Below, piece by piece: positions 10,801-20,508 of a DNA stretch of 62,215 nucleotides. The stretch is taken from positions 1 through 62,215 of the IMG/VR virus record IMGVR_UViG_3300021335_000015, one strand, 5' to 3'. Made by a program: the position numbers and the translations under genes. The DNA comes from a virus. Lineage: Duplodnaviria > Caudoviricetes. The notes under the pieces were generated by a model. The model saw only the letters and a list, made by a program, of their open reading frames with translations, was not told where the DNA came from and searched no databases. Position 1 is the stretch's first letter. Each line of letters begins with the position of its first letter.

Positions 10801-12702
10801 GAAGGTCTACGTCCTAACACCAACGTCTTCGCATACTTCGGAAACCGTAACGTATCGCAGTGGTGTAAACGCACAAACTCATTCGTTGAATACTCAACTA
10901 CAGATTCTGAGGTGGGGTCAGAGTTCGCATCGGCAACTCAACACCCAGAAGGAACTAGTCAGTTGGTCACTAATGAGAAGGGAGAGGTATTCGGTGAGTT
11001 CTTCTTACCTAATACAGATCAATTCAGATTCCGTACAGGAACACAGGACTTTGTGATACTGGATGCGGATATTGATACTACCACATCTCGACTATCAAGT
11101 CAACAGCTGAGTGACGCTATGTCGTCATCGTCTGCACCATATACGTCGACCGGATCCATTGAATCTATCCAACGCACGGTCAGAACTACTCGTGTACCTC
11201 AACGCATTCGTGGTCGTCGTGACCCGCTTGCACAGTCGTTCTATGTCGATCCTTCGGAGAACCCTAATGGTATCTTCCTAACTAAGGTACGCGTCTACGT
11301 ACAGAGTAAGGACGATGTCATTCCGATGCAGGTACAGATTCGTCCGGTAGAGAATGGTATACCAACAACTACTATTGTACCCGGCTCTGTCAAGTTTGTC
11401 AAGCCTGCCGACATAACCGTCGCACCTAGTAACGACATCGCGTCAATACGCAGTGCGCCAACTGAAGTCGAGTTCGAAGAACCAGTATACCTAACCGCAG
11501 GTGAAGAGTACGCGATCGTCCTACTTGCCGAGTCGGTTGACTATAACGTATTCGTTGCACAGACCTACGAAGAGATTCTTGGTGGGACTGAGGGTAAGGT
11601 ATCAAAGCAACCTTCTCTTGGTTCACTGTTCATGTCACAGAGTGGTTCAACGTGGACTCCGGACCAAACCAAGGATCTAATGTTCGAACTAGAACGCGCA
11701 GAGTTCCAGACTACAGGTCTTGTTTACCTAGAGAACGCGGTTCTTCCTTCGGTGTCTCTCTCTTCTAATCCGTTCACCGCGATCAACTCCGGTGGTGGTA
11801 TTCAGGTATCTCAAGAAGGTCACGGTTTCTCTAAGGGGGACACAGTAACGATCTCAGGATCGACAGGCGTCGATGTTGACGGTCAACACACGATTGATAG
11901 TGTGACCGCATTCGGGTACACTTTCACTGCGATTGGGTTAGACGCTAATCCGGTTGAAGGAACTTCCTTCGGTGGATCTTCTGCCGTCGCATCGCAGAAC
12001 GTCGTATTCGATGAGTTCACACCACAGGTTTCAAACATCACCCCTAACGGTACCTTTATTGTAAGCAGTATCGAAAGGTCGGCTGCGAAGTCTTACGGTG
12101 CCGCCGACGGAAGGAACGACTCACGTCACTCCTACCAGAAACGTGGTGACCAGTTGACTGAAGACGTGTTCTTAAATCAACTGAACGTTGTGGACTTCCC
12201 TTCTGCAATCGCGACAGCAGACAACAACGTCGACACAAGCAATCAACCAGAGTCAAGTGTTGAGTTGAAGTTGCACCTAGAGACGAACGACAGTAAAGTT
12301 TCTCCGATCATTGATCTACAGAGAACTTCGATCCTTGCACTAGAGAACGTTATTGGTTCTGGTGAGGAAGCACAACACATTACAACACCTATCACGATCG
12401 ACGAATCGTCGGCGGGACTGAAGGTTCTATTGGGTGCGAACCGCCCATCGGATGCATCGATTGAGGTATACGTCAAGACTTCAGCGACAGACGAAGGACT
12501 TTCATCTGCACAATGGACAGAGGTGTTGGTCGACTCAACTGTACCTTCGGATGAGAACGCGTCGGTCTTCCGTGAGTATGAGTACTCATTAGAAGCCGCA
12601 GATCCATTCACTGCATTCCAAGTGAAGGTCGTCATGAAGTCAACCAACTCATCTAAAGTACCAACAGTACGTGACCTACGAGTGATCGCACTGGCAGTAT
12701 AA
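7825..12702 (+). CDS. Large virion structural protein, VrlC/DUF4815-like
   Basis: YHRILFRGGHALQARELIELQ, APGADRYKI, LAQRTKEESGDY, DPLAQSF and C-terminal VPTVRDLRVIAL, typical of the gene after gp8 in marine T4-like phages. Confidence 0.75.
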   Translation: MSDQDYLKEITASTFKDDYRDFYDADDGYHRILFRGGHALQARELIELQTIIQSEIERFGSNIFKEGALVNPGGVTVDNKVEFVKMTESSTLPSLDQLPADREVKNQDGVKAKVLDIVGKIVYVQYIDTTSGNSDGGSPRFVTDDRLDILGTVATSGRAVRAAFAEGDYFVQGHFVHTTEKSFMIDPDGSLSEHEAVDIGFRIKEVLVTASEDESLYDNSGAQPNVGAPGADRYKIILEPTKRTDIANDENFVFVARVLNGVVTREVTSHDGYNRINKLLAQRTKEESGDYVAQDFTAVFEDFDDANLLLDVSEGIAYVDGYRLDMGRTEIVVPKAQTVRQKDREVVSSYYGNWVYVDETNANTTGFGDLSSFGAVTIRNDQGQVIGDANTRGIEQDAAGYRLYIFNVKLGDGATFSQAQSFVDKINGDEIYLVDTHIYGTINNSLIFPLPQTSPERNSIATAQYVKTVARVNQQPDGTELTLGGVEPQNWVISEVGGGILDIVADNAGKFIGLDASSTYNVLTYVNEPNGTYRKKTLTRKTDLQVTTDHAQLEFATSVETSVVDGYELIQVLQNDGKDVTHMYEMDGGQRDNFYDFVSFRLKTGFSIPDGITLSFDFKHFEHDAGDFFSVTSYLGEDAGDEGLAYEDIPSHTYVDGTTVSLRDVIDFRPSRNTDGSFPTLSIPQNASGINLINVKYYEPRIDILVANTKDRYGDVGFGELQVVQGQSSANPRPPEVPTGSLPLYIFRLNPYTFNSSDVVMEKQTHKRFTMKDIAAIETRVDDLYELTTLSLLESNTQSLTVLDDQGSARTKAGFIADNFTSFSFSDVNNPDYRASVETVSGLMKPSFRENLVRLKHDASQGNSTRTGDYVTLPYTHVSFITQDVATGSMNINPFAVITQEGHTTLSPSSDQWVETQTLPPIMQTTVRRSVPIDLGFEDLWWNGITNVNRPRTRQQFSVESTSRAIQEFVGERVVDTEVVPFMRSRKISFKAEGLRPNTNVFAYFGNRNVSQWCKRTNSFVEYSTTDSEVGSEFASATQHPEGTSQLVTNEKGEVFGEFFLPNTDQFRFRTGTQDFVILDADIDTTTSRLSSQQLSDAMSSSSAPYTSTGSIESIQRTVRTTRVPQRIRGRRDPLAQSFYVDPSENPNGIFLTKVRVYVQSKDDVIPMQVQIRPVENGIPTTTIVPGSVKFVKPADITVAPSNDIASIRSAPTEVEFEEPVYLTAGEEYAIVLLAESVDYNVFVAQTYEEILGGTEGKVSKQPSLGSLFMSQSGSTWTPDQTKDLMFELERAEFQTTGLVYLENAVLPSVSLSSNPFTAINSGGGIQVSQEGHGFSKGDTVTISGSTGVDVDGQHTIDSVTAFGYTFTAIGLDANPVEGTSFGGSSAVASQNVVFDEFTPQVSNITPNGTFIVSSIERSAAKSYGAADGRNDSRHSYQKRGDQLTEDVFLNQLNVVDFPSAIATADNNVDTSNQPESSVELKLHLETNDSKVSPIIDLQRTSILALENVIGSGEEAQHITTPITIDESSAGLKVLLGANRPSDASIEVYVKTSATDEGLSSAQWTEVLVDSTVPSDENASVFREYEYSLEAADPFTAFQVKVVMKSTNSSKVPTVRDLRVIALAV

Positions 12703-12932
12703 TGAGTAGATATCAAAAGGTAGAAGGGCACACCAGCCTAGTAAGAGACACAAGGACAGGGGCAATCATCAATACCAACAGGTCAGAGATTGCAAGAGCG
12801 AGAAAAAGAAAAGAGGCAAAGAAACAAGAGGCGGAAAGACTCGACACGTTATCAAAAGAAGTCTCCTCATTGCAGAGCGAGATTAGTGAGATAAAAGATT
12901 TGTTGGTTCGTCTAGTGGAGAATAAAGAATGA
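12702..12932 (+). CDS. Small conserved T4-like hypothetical protein with C-terminal coiled coil
   Basis: KVEGHTSLVRDTRTGAIINTN...EISEIKDLL; translationally coupled to neighbours. Confidence 0.7.
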   Translation: MSRYQKVEGHTSLVRDTRTGAIINTNRSEIARARKRKEAKKQEAERLDTLSKEVSSLQSEISEIKDLLVRLVENKE

Positions 12933-14515
12933 CTGATACAATACAAACAGTACATCTCGCCGACAACATCAACGCGGCGTTTGACAAGATCAATGAGAAC
13001 TTCGAAGGTCTCGCTGACGGGACTATTGTAGTGCCACCGCCAACGGACATGTCCATCGGTGACCTACAAGATGTTACGCTTACCTCTCTTTCCAATGGAG
13101 AGGTGTTGAAGTGGAACGGTTCCTCATGGACAAACCTACCGGACAGCGGATCTGGCGGTGGCACTAATATCTCTACTGATAGTGACCTAAACCAATACAT
13201 CACCAACTTCCTAGACTCTGCTTTCTTCATTACAGTCATCAACGAAGAGTACTTAGAACAATTCAATATTACTACCGATGTCACATACACCGATTCGGAT
13301 GTTCAAGCAAACGCCTCTGCAATCTTCACACTTGAATCTCGTATCGATGCAACCGACTCTGGTATTACTGTTCTGTCTCAGGCGATCATCGACACTCAAG
13401 CATCACTAGAAAATATTACAATAGGTGGTATCGACTCAGATGTGCTTGCAGACGCGATCGCGAGTGCGAACACTACAGTTATCTCACGCATTGATGCAAA
13501 CAGTGATGGCATCTCCGTGATGTCTGGAGTGATCGATAGTGTGGCCGCTGATCTATTACTGACAACCCAAGACCTTAGTGATTACATTTCATTAAGCACT
13601 AATGCTCGTAATGAGTTGTCAACTAGAATCACTGCAAACGACAGTGGTCTGTCCGCACTGATCTCAGACGTGACAGAACTAGGACTTGAGTTGGATCAGT
13701 TCATTGCTGGTGGTATTAACATCACACCAGAACAAATAACCGCCGCAATCGGTGGTGCGTTAGATTCACTTACACTTCGCATGGATGCGGACAGTGACAA
13801 ACTTGTAATCGAGGCGGCAAAGATTGTAAATCTTGAAACAGGTCTGACTGCACAAAATAGCGATCTTGGTTCGCAGATCAATGCGGTATCTAATGCACAG
13901 TCTTCTCTAGTGTCTCGTACAGAGTTCGACTCTGCTGAAGGTAGAATCACTACACTCGCAGAAGATATTGTTACCCTAAACAGTCAGGTAGATATTACAA
14001 ACGCAGACGGTAGTCTATCGCAAGCCATCGCCGATACAGAGTCTACATTACGTGGAGAAATCACTGTAGTCGATGGTCGAATCACTTCAGTCGAAACATC
14101 GTTGACGAATACTCTCAATGCCAAGATCGACAGCGATATTGCGGAGGCGACTAGCACCTTGACTGCATTGATTGACTCGGCAGGCAACACAGTATCCACA
14201 TGGGGTATCAGTCTTGTTGCAGGAACAGAAGACAATCCTAAAGTCGCGGGTATCAAGTTCGGTAACAATGGTACCACTTCCGACTTTGCAATCACAACCG
14301 ATACATTCAAGATCTTAAACTCAGATGGAACTGATGCCGGTACTGCTCCGTTCAGTGTTGTGAATGGTGTGGTTGAAATGTCAGGTGCTAAGGTTACTGG
14401 AGAACTAGACGTAACCACATCTGACGCGTCAGGATCTATGAACATTACGGGCAACCTAATTACTATTAGTGATGCCTCTGGCACACCTCGTGTCAAACTT
14501 GGGAAAATTGTATAA
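12929..14515 (+). CDS. Shorter DSD-rich fibre, paralogous to 1534-6348, with gpJ-like C-terminus
   Basis: KINENF N-terminus, IGDLQDV...NGEVLKWNGSSWTN motif, DSD shaft, ends ITISDASGTPRVKLGKI. Confidence 0.7.
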   Translation: MTDTIQTVHLADNINAAFDKINENFEGLADGTIVVPPPTDMSIGDLQDVTLTSLSNGEVLKWNGSSWTNLPDSGSGGGTNISTDSDLNQYITNFLDSAFFITVINEEYLEQFNITTDVTYTDSDVQANASAIFTLESRIDATDSGITVLSQAIIDTQASLENITIGGIDSDVLADAIASANTTVISRIDANSDGISVMSGVIDSVAADLLLTTQDLSDYISLSTNARNELSTRITANDSGLSALISDVTELGLELDQFIAGGINITPEQITAAIGGALDSLTLRMDADSDKLVIEAAKIVNLETGLTAQNSDLGSQINAVSNAQSSLVSRTEFDSAEGRITTLAEDIVTLNSQVDITNADGSLSQAIADTESTLRGEITVVDGRITSVETSLTNTLNAKIDSDIAEATSTLTALIDSAGNTVSTWGISLVAGTEDNPKVAGIKFGNNGTTSDFAITTDTFKILNSDGTDAGTAPFSVVNGVVEMSGAKVTGELDVTTSDASGSMNITGNLITISDASGTPRVKLGKIV

Positions 14516-14830
14516 ATGAGTTACGGGTTATGGATTTCGGACGGAGTCAACGGAGGGGTCATTACCAACTCCAACGCCATCACGAATACAGAAGAGGGGT
14601 CTACCCAATCAGGAACTATCGCCGCGCTTAACAACGTTGTTATTGACAACTTACCGGGCGTTGGGGATCCTTCTACTATCGGTATAGCATTTCAAAATTC
14701 TGCTACTGGTCCAGTTTCTCAAGACTCTGGATTAGAAGTTTCTCGCGATTTGGTTGCAGATACTTTGACTATCACAAACACCAAAGCGGTTCCCCAAACT
14801 TATTCGATTGTATTTTTTAGGTTTAAGTGA
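14516..14830 (+). CDS. Small fibre-tip accessory protein (MSYGL family), cassette 1
   Basis: Directly after a gpJ-like C-terminus; similar in size and start to 16083-16391. Confidence 0.55.
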   Translation: MSYGLWISDGVNGGVITNSNAITNTEEGSTQSGTIAALNNVVIDNLPGVGDPSTIGIAFQNSATGPVSQDSGLEVSRDLVADTLTITNTKAVPQTYSIVFFRFK

Positions 14831-15639
14831 TGAGTGACGATTACGCATTAACAGTTTATAATGACAACGGGGGTCTTATGTTTGACTCTCGCAGAAAGAT
14901 GTCTAGCTATGTCGTAACTGAAGTGGGGACCGGAGTTCAACCAGTTGACACCGACATTGATCTATTTGAAGATCTAGTGTTTATAAGACCACCGGCCGGT
15001 CAAAGACAGTTCATGACTCAGTACGTCATATTCAGAAGTATTCCTTCGATATCAACAGATAGTGATGGGAACGGAAACCCTATACTCGTTAACAACGGTA
15101 AGTTTTATGGATATGACATCGCTGCTGATGACGGGACTGCGGATGAACTAGTTTTAGATTATTTCGTTGCGAAGCATTCAAGTCGAGTCACTAGTGACGA
15201 AGAGTATGGACTGCTTGTAAGTAATGAAGATGGTAGTACTCAGTTTGATAGTAGATCGGTAAAAACAGGGAACCATTTTAATATTACGACGGCCGCCCAA
15301 CCTAGATCATATAATTGCTGGCGTCCCGACCAGCCAGCAGACTCTCTTGGAGACATCACGGACTATTGGGAAATAGGTACATGGTCGTGGGGGATGGGAC
15401 TTTATGGCGGCGGCGGAATACTCATAAGTGAGAGAATGGTTCAAGGATTACAATTCGTAGGTGGCGGAACTAGCAACGGAAATACTGGACCTATTGTTTA
15501 TAGTTGGTTTAGCGTTGATCCTAATGATGGATTTAATGCAGGCGACCCAGGCGAACCAGGCTCCGCAGGAAACACTACGTCAAATAATACATATAAAAGG
15601 AAAATAGATAGTTTGATTCTATCAGCAGAATTGGTTTAA
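14827..15639 (+). CDS. Fibre-tip/receptor-binding accessory protein with two YG/A-L-x-V-x-N..G..FDSR motifs, cassette 1
   Basis: YALTVYNDNGGLMFDSR and YGLLVSNEDGSTQFDSR. Confidence 0.55.
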   Translation: MMSDDYALTVYNDNGGLMFDSRRKMSSYVVTEVGTGVQPVDTDIDLFEDLVFIRPPAGQRQFMTQYVIFRSIPSISTDSDGNGNPILVNNGKFYGYDIAADDGTADELVLDYFVAKHSSRVTSDEEYGLLVSNEDGSTQFDSRSVKTGNHFNITTAAQPRSYNCWRPDQPADSLGDITDYWEIGTWSWGMGLYGGGGILISERMVQGLQFVGGGTSNGNTGPIVYSWFSVDPNDGFNAGDPGEPGSAGNTTSNNTYKRKIDSLILSAELV

Positions 15640-15644
15640 AGAAT

Positions 15645-16073
15645 ATGATTTATTATATCGCAGTTATTAGAAATAGTCAAGTAGAAAGTTTAAAGTTTGC
15701 TAATGCCGACCCCGAACCTGAAGGTGTACGAGAGGATGGGTCGACTATAGTACACATCGATTTCCCCATTGAAGACAGATACGACTTTGTCAGTACTTGG
15801 TGCTGGGACGGTGATTGGTATCAGAGAGACCCGCGACCAAATCGTTTTGCAGAGTGGGATGGAAGTCAGTGGGTATGGGATGATGCAGACTTACTTAATG
15901 AATTACGCAATGCGAGAAATGCAAGATTGTCCGCATGTGATTGGACCCGAATGGACGACAATGGTTTGTCAGAGACAAAACGAAAGAAGTGGGCAACATA
16001 CCGTCAATCTTTACGTGACATCACAAAAAACTATGACTCTTTGGATTCTGTAGTTTGGCCTGATAGTCCATAG
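15645..16073 (+). CDS. Tail fibre assembly chaperone
   Basis: LRNARNARLSACDWT...WATYRQSLRDIT...VVWP motif. Confidence 0.8.
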   Translation: MIYYIAVIRNSQVESLKFANADPEPEGVREDGSTIVHIDFPIEDRYDFVSTWCWDGDWYQRDPRPNRFAEWDGSQWVWDDADLLNELRNARNARLSACDWTRMDDNGLSETKRKKWATYRQSLRDITKNYDSLDSVVWPDSP

Positions 16074-16082
16074 GGGTAGTTC

Positions 16083-16391
16083 ATGTCTCAGTATGGGATC
16101 GAGGTTCGTGGACCTAACAATTCAACACCAGTACTGTCGAGTAGACTACGTGCATCTAACGTAGTCGTTTACTCTCCGTTCGATTTAGACCCGAACGAAA
16201 GTGTCACTATCTCGTGCGCGGACGCCAATGACTCCACAAGAGTTGCAATAACCTTGATGGGTCCAAACACGCCTTTTGGAAATTACCTACGAGGTGTTAT
16301 TGTATCGAATAGAACCTCCACCAACTTCACCATAACGAATGCAGATCCATTCGCCAGATCTGGCACTGTACTCGCTTTTAGGATTGCATAA
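16083..16391 (+). CDS. Small fibre-tip accessory protein, cassette 2
   Basis: MSQYGIEV start, 102 aa, ends VLAFRIA, parallel to 14516-14830. Confidence 0.55.
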   Translation: MSQYGIEVRGPNNSTPVLSSRLRASNVVVYSPFDLDPNESVTISCADANDSTRVAITLMGPNTPFGNYLRGVIVSNRTSTNFTITNADPFARSGTVLAFRIA

Positions 16392-19300
16392 TGAGTTATG
16401 GTTTTAGAATCACGGGGAACGACACCGCACCCTTCACAGTACTCGATACCGAATTAGATACTCTGGGACTAGTGGTCACAGAGAAAGGTCGAGCGAGTGT
16501 CATCAACCCATCATACCCACTAGGACCATACGATTTCTTGTTCGTCAAGAATCCATCTGCGCCTGGTAATTCAAACTTTGAAAGCCAAACCCAATATCCC
16601 GCACCACAGACCGTTGTCTATTGGGCGTCTCCGCAGTATTATTTCATGCACACCAGCAGCACCACAGGTGCGATAAGCTTCAAGGGTGGTGCATATGATT
16701 ACTACCCAGATCCATACAACCCAAGAAACCTGCCTAGACTTGCTTTGGCGACTGGGTGGGACGTAGAGTTTGATTACTTTATTGTTCGTCGATCTACTGA
16801 TATCATATCAGAAGGACTAGGTCGCGATGACAACTACGGTCTACAGGTAAGGAGTAAGTTTTATACGGACGCCGATCCAATTCTTGCGTATGACTCCAGA
16901 TCCGCGATCACCAACGATACATTTTACATAGAAACCTATCTACCTCCGGCTAGTCAGTTCTATACACCAGCTTCGCAGAGTCAGGGATATTACTCAAGTG
17001 TGAGTTTTAGTTCTGGATGTTACGTAAACATCAACTGGACCAATAGAACCATCGGCGGAGACTTCCCTTCGGGGGTCAACTTCATTCAGGCTATCGGCAT
17101 GACTGCGACTAGGGCGTGGGCGGTTACTGGTCTTTTAGAGTTAGAAGATGGTGGACGATTCTTCATCGATGGAAACAGTACCGCGATCCTTGCTGTCAAA
17201 TTAAGAGACCCTTCTAACGTATACCAGAACACGGGTGCTACTGACGCTGACGATGAAGAACAAGAAACCGCACCCGATGGAGATGACGTAGATACAAATT
17301 ATACAGGGTCTCTTGCATATGTTGCGGGGGACACTTTCACTGAAGGTGGAACCATCCAATTCGATGCGACCGTTAACACTCCTAACGTAGGATACCACAC
17401 CAAAATATTCAGAGTCACTGGTAGTGGAGATGATCTGGATGCAATCACTCATGTCTTTACTGGGGGATTCGGCGCAGAGAGAATTAGCATAACAGCAAAT
17501 AATGATTCTGTCAATGATAGTCGTACAGTTTCGTATATGAGAACCCAAAACTACGTGGGCAATTATACAACAACAAGAGACTCATCATACACACGAGGTT
17601 TCTTAGGAAACTTTGCGGGTGACTATACTCGCAACTTTGCAGGAAACTATACTCGCAACAGTTCTTACAACAGGAACTTCGCAGGTAATTATACTAGATC
17701 AAGTGCATACGGCAGAACTTTAAATTTCCAGAGAGACTTCACCAGAAATTATTTAAGAACTCGCGTGTCTAGTTATTCACGTGGAATTGTTTCTTCTAGG
17801 TCTAGTGTTTATTCTAGGATTAGGTTGGCGTATAGTCAGAACAGTTTCGTTGGAAACTATACCAGAATTTTGCAAGTACCAACCGCATTCACCAGAACAG
17901 GTGAGTACGTCGGTAACTACACTCCAACGAAATCTACGGCATATTTCACTCCGGTCACTGGACCTGAAGATCCAGGCGTAATTTACGTAAACATTCCCGC
18001 ACCATTTGTCGGAAACTATAACAGGACATTTGTCGGCAATTATTCAGGCGCATATACCAGAGACTTCACCAGAGGGGTTTCTTATGAAGGCAACTACTCT
18101 CGTAACTTCGCTGGAAACTTCGCTGGTAATTATTCTAGGAATCTATTTTTCTCTCGTAACTTCGTAGGTGATTACGCTCGCGGAGTGGTGAGGGTCTCTT
18201 CATATACTAGGACCAGAGTTACAAATTATACTGGAGACTTCCAAAGAGGATCTACCTATGTGGGTAACTACAGTAGAAACTTTGTGGGTAACTTCGGCAG
18301 AACTATCGCAACGAATAAAACATACAGTAGAACTAGAATAAGTGTTTACACTCCTCTAGCGGATTATGCTAGAACGAGTACACGTACCTTTGTGGGCAGT
18401 CGCACACAAGGATTCATCGGAAACTACAATAGATCATTTATTGGAGACTACACCAGAGGTAGTACTTACGCTAGAAACTTCGTGGGTAACTACACAAGAG
18501 GTAGTACTACCACAGCAAATTACAACAGAACCTTTGTAGGAAACTATAGTAGGACAGAAACTGGAGTCGACCCATATCAATACTCCAGTACCTACGGTTC
18601 AGAGTATCAGTGGATAGTACGACCAGACAATAACGTTGACGACGATGGGTTTGGCACTGGGGGCAGTGGATGGGTATTAGAGGTAAAATGGAATGGAACC
18701 AATGTCTTTGTTGGAGACTATACCACACAGTCTAACGCTCTTGCTGTGACTGTTGTACAGAACCCAGGCCAAACCGAATGGTATTGGAAGGGCGATATCG
18801 TAACTTCCAATCCTTTCTTTGGTTCCTTGTTTGAGGTAGCAAACACTCAAAGTGGATTTGCGCCAACAAATACAACAACCACCAGTTACACTAGAGATAG
18901 GGTCAGTTCCTATTCAAGAACTGTCGGTGGTGCTACTCCATACTCTAGGACCAGACAGTCTACGTACAGTAGAACAATTAACTCCACTCGAAGTAGAGTT
19001 TCTGCATACACGAGAACTCGCAATGTAACCTATAATACAAATAGAGTATCCAGTTATGTGGGCAACTTTACTGGACCTTCTAGTCGATTTATATATGATC
19101 CCGATGCGCAAGGATTGATTGAAGTCTTTAATACTTACACTCGTGAATTCGTAGGTAACTATACGGGACAATACACCAGACAGTCCGGCAGAATTGTAAC
19201 TAGGACCAGTGCCTATTCAAGGACTAGAACTTCGACTTTAAATTCCACGAGAGTGTTCACTGGAAATTTTGCAGGAAACTATAGCAGGAACATAACAGAC

Positions 19301-20494
19301 AATCCTACGTATAATAGAACCAGAAGTTCAGTTTATTCTAGGAGTAGTACATACGCTAGAACCTCAACCAGAACTCGCACAAGCTCTTACACTAGGAACA
19401 GAACCGCTAATCCAGTGAGGACATCCTCGTACTCTGGAACATACAACAGAAACAGGGTGAGTTCGTATACCAGAGATAGGTACTCTACATTCACTAGAAC
19501 TTCTACAAGGTTAATGCACTTTGCAGGTAATACTCCTACAGAGACCGACTATACGAGAACTCGTGTATCCTCTTATCTCGGAAACTACACGGGTGAATAC
19601 ACAAGAGATCTATACTTCACAGGTAACCCAACATACAACAGGAATTTTGTGGGCGAATATGCGAGAACCAGCGTAGGAACATTTACTAGATCTTCTGGAT
19701 ACTCAAGAACCTTGACTTCTAACAGAACTAGAACCAGTGGATACTCAAGAACCTTGACTTCGACTAGAACTAGAACCAGTAATTACACCAGAGAAAGACA
19801 AAGCACGGCAGGGGAAAGTTACATCCGAACGTTTACAGGAAACTTTGTCGGAAACTATATCGGTAATTATACAAGGACTAGTGTCGGAACAAGCTCTGGA
19901 GTTTCTGAGGTCAAGTGGAAAGGTGAACAATTCCTCATGGAACTCCGTGTGGGATCTGCCGGAGAAGCATTGACTTTTGGACAGAACGACGCAAACTCCA
20001 TCATACTTGATTCTAAAACATTTACATTGTTTGATAACGATGCAGGTACAGTTCTTGCGACTACAGGAGTCTCAGTATCGGACACAGACACCACTCACAA
20101 ACTTCTTGTCGACTTCAAGTCCAGTGGCAATCAAGTTGCGAGTGCAAGGGTCACTACGGTTGTCGGTGGAGTGTCTTCGATTATGGCAGGTCCGTTTGAT
20201 CTAGTAGATGGATTGAATGAGGTTACAGTAACCAATGCTCCTCAAGTTGTGTCGGGTGCAGTCGTTACCTACTATATACATGTGAACAATAACGGGACTT
20301 CCGGATACTGGGTGCCTGGCGGACAATACACCGTATCGCGTGTTTACACCAATGATAATGATGGACAAGATCCGCCGCCAGGAGGAACGCCAACAGATAG
20401 TGATGGAACAAATCCACCGGACGGTCCAACAGATCCGGGCAATCCAGATGGACCGGGCGATGAAACCCCAGATCCTGGCTCAGAATTCGATTAG
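16391..20494 (+). CDS. Fibre-tip protein carrying a mirror-paired R/Y/T/G/N/F tetrapeptide hairpin insert
   Basis: N-terminus resembles 14827-15639 (YGFRITG, DYFIV, YGLQVR..YDSR); central repeats FVGN/YTRT/RVSS surround a 110-aa non-repetitive tip. Confidence 0.7.
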   Translation: MSYGFRITGNDTAPFTVLDTELDTLGLVVTEKGRASVINPSYPLGPYDFLFVKNPSAPGNSNFESQTQYPAPQTVVYWASPQYYFMHTSSTTGAISFKGGAYDYYPDPYNPRNLPRLALATGWDVEFDYFIVRRSTDIISEGLGRDDNYGLQVRSKFYTDADPILAYDSRSAITNDTFYIETYLPPASQFYTPASQSQGYYSSVSFSSGCYVNINWTNRTIGGDFPSGVNFIQAIGMTATRAWAVTGLLELEDGGRFFIDGNSTAILAVKLRDPSNVYQNTGATDADDEEQETAPDGDDVDTNYTGSLAYVAGDTFTEGGTIQFDATVNTPNVGYHTKIFRVTGSGDDLDAITHVFTGGFGAERISITANNDSVNDSRTVSYMRTQNYVGNYTTTRDSSYTRGFLGNFAGDYTRNFAGNYTRNSSYNRNFAGNYTRSSAYGRTLNFQRDFTRNYLRTRVSSYSRGIVSSRSSVYSRIRLAYSQNSFVGNYTRILQVPTAFTRTGEYVGNYTPTKSTAYFTPVTGPEDPGVIYVNIPAPFVGNYNRTFVGNYSGAYTRDFTRGVSYEGNYSRNFAGNFAGNYSRNLFFSRNFVGDYARGVVRVSSYTRTRVTNYTGDFQRGSTYVGNYSRNFVGNFGRTIATNKTYSRTRISVYTPLADYARTSTRTFVGSRTQGFIGNYNRSFIGDYTRGSTYARNFVGNYTRGSTTTANYNRTFVGNYSRTETGVDPYQYSSTYGSEYQWIVRPDNNVDDDGFGTGGSGWVLEVKWNGTNVFVGDYTTQSNALAVTVVQNPGQTEWYWKGDIVTSNPFFGSLFEVANTQSGFAPTNTTTTSYTRDRVSSYSRTVGGATPYSRTRQSTYSRTINSTRSRVSAYTRTRNVTYNTNRVSSYVGNFTGPSSRFIYDPDAQGLIEVFNTYTREFVGNYTGQYTRQSGRIVTRTSAYSRTRTSTLNSTRVFTGNFAGNYSRNITDNPTYNRTRSSVYSRSSTYARTSTRTRTSSYTRNRTANPVRTSSYSGTYNRNRVSSYTRDRYSTFTRTSTRLMHFAGNTPTETDYTRTRVSSYLGNYTGEYTRDLYFTGNPTYNRNFVGEYARTSVGTFTRSSGYSRTLTSNRTRTSGYSRTLTSTRTRTSNYTRERQSTAGESYIRTFTGNFVGNYIGNYTRTSVGTSSGVSEVKWKGEQFLMELRVGSAGEALTFGQNDANSIILDSKTFTLFDNDAGTVLATTGVSVSDTDTTHKLLVDFKSSGNQVASARVTTVVGGVSSIMAGPFDLVDGLNEVTVTNAPQVVSGAVVTYYIHVNNNGTSGYWVPGGQYTVSRVYTNDNDGQDPPPGGTPTDSDGTNPPDGPTDPGNPDGPGDETPDPGSEFD

Positions 20495-20508
20495 AGATAA
20501 ATACAATC

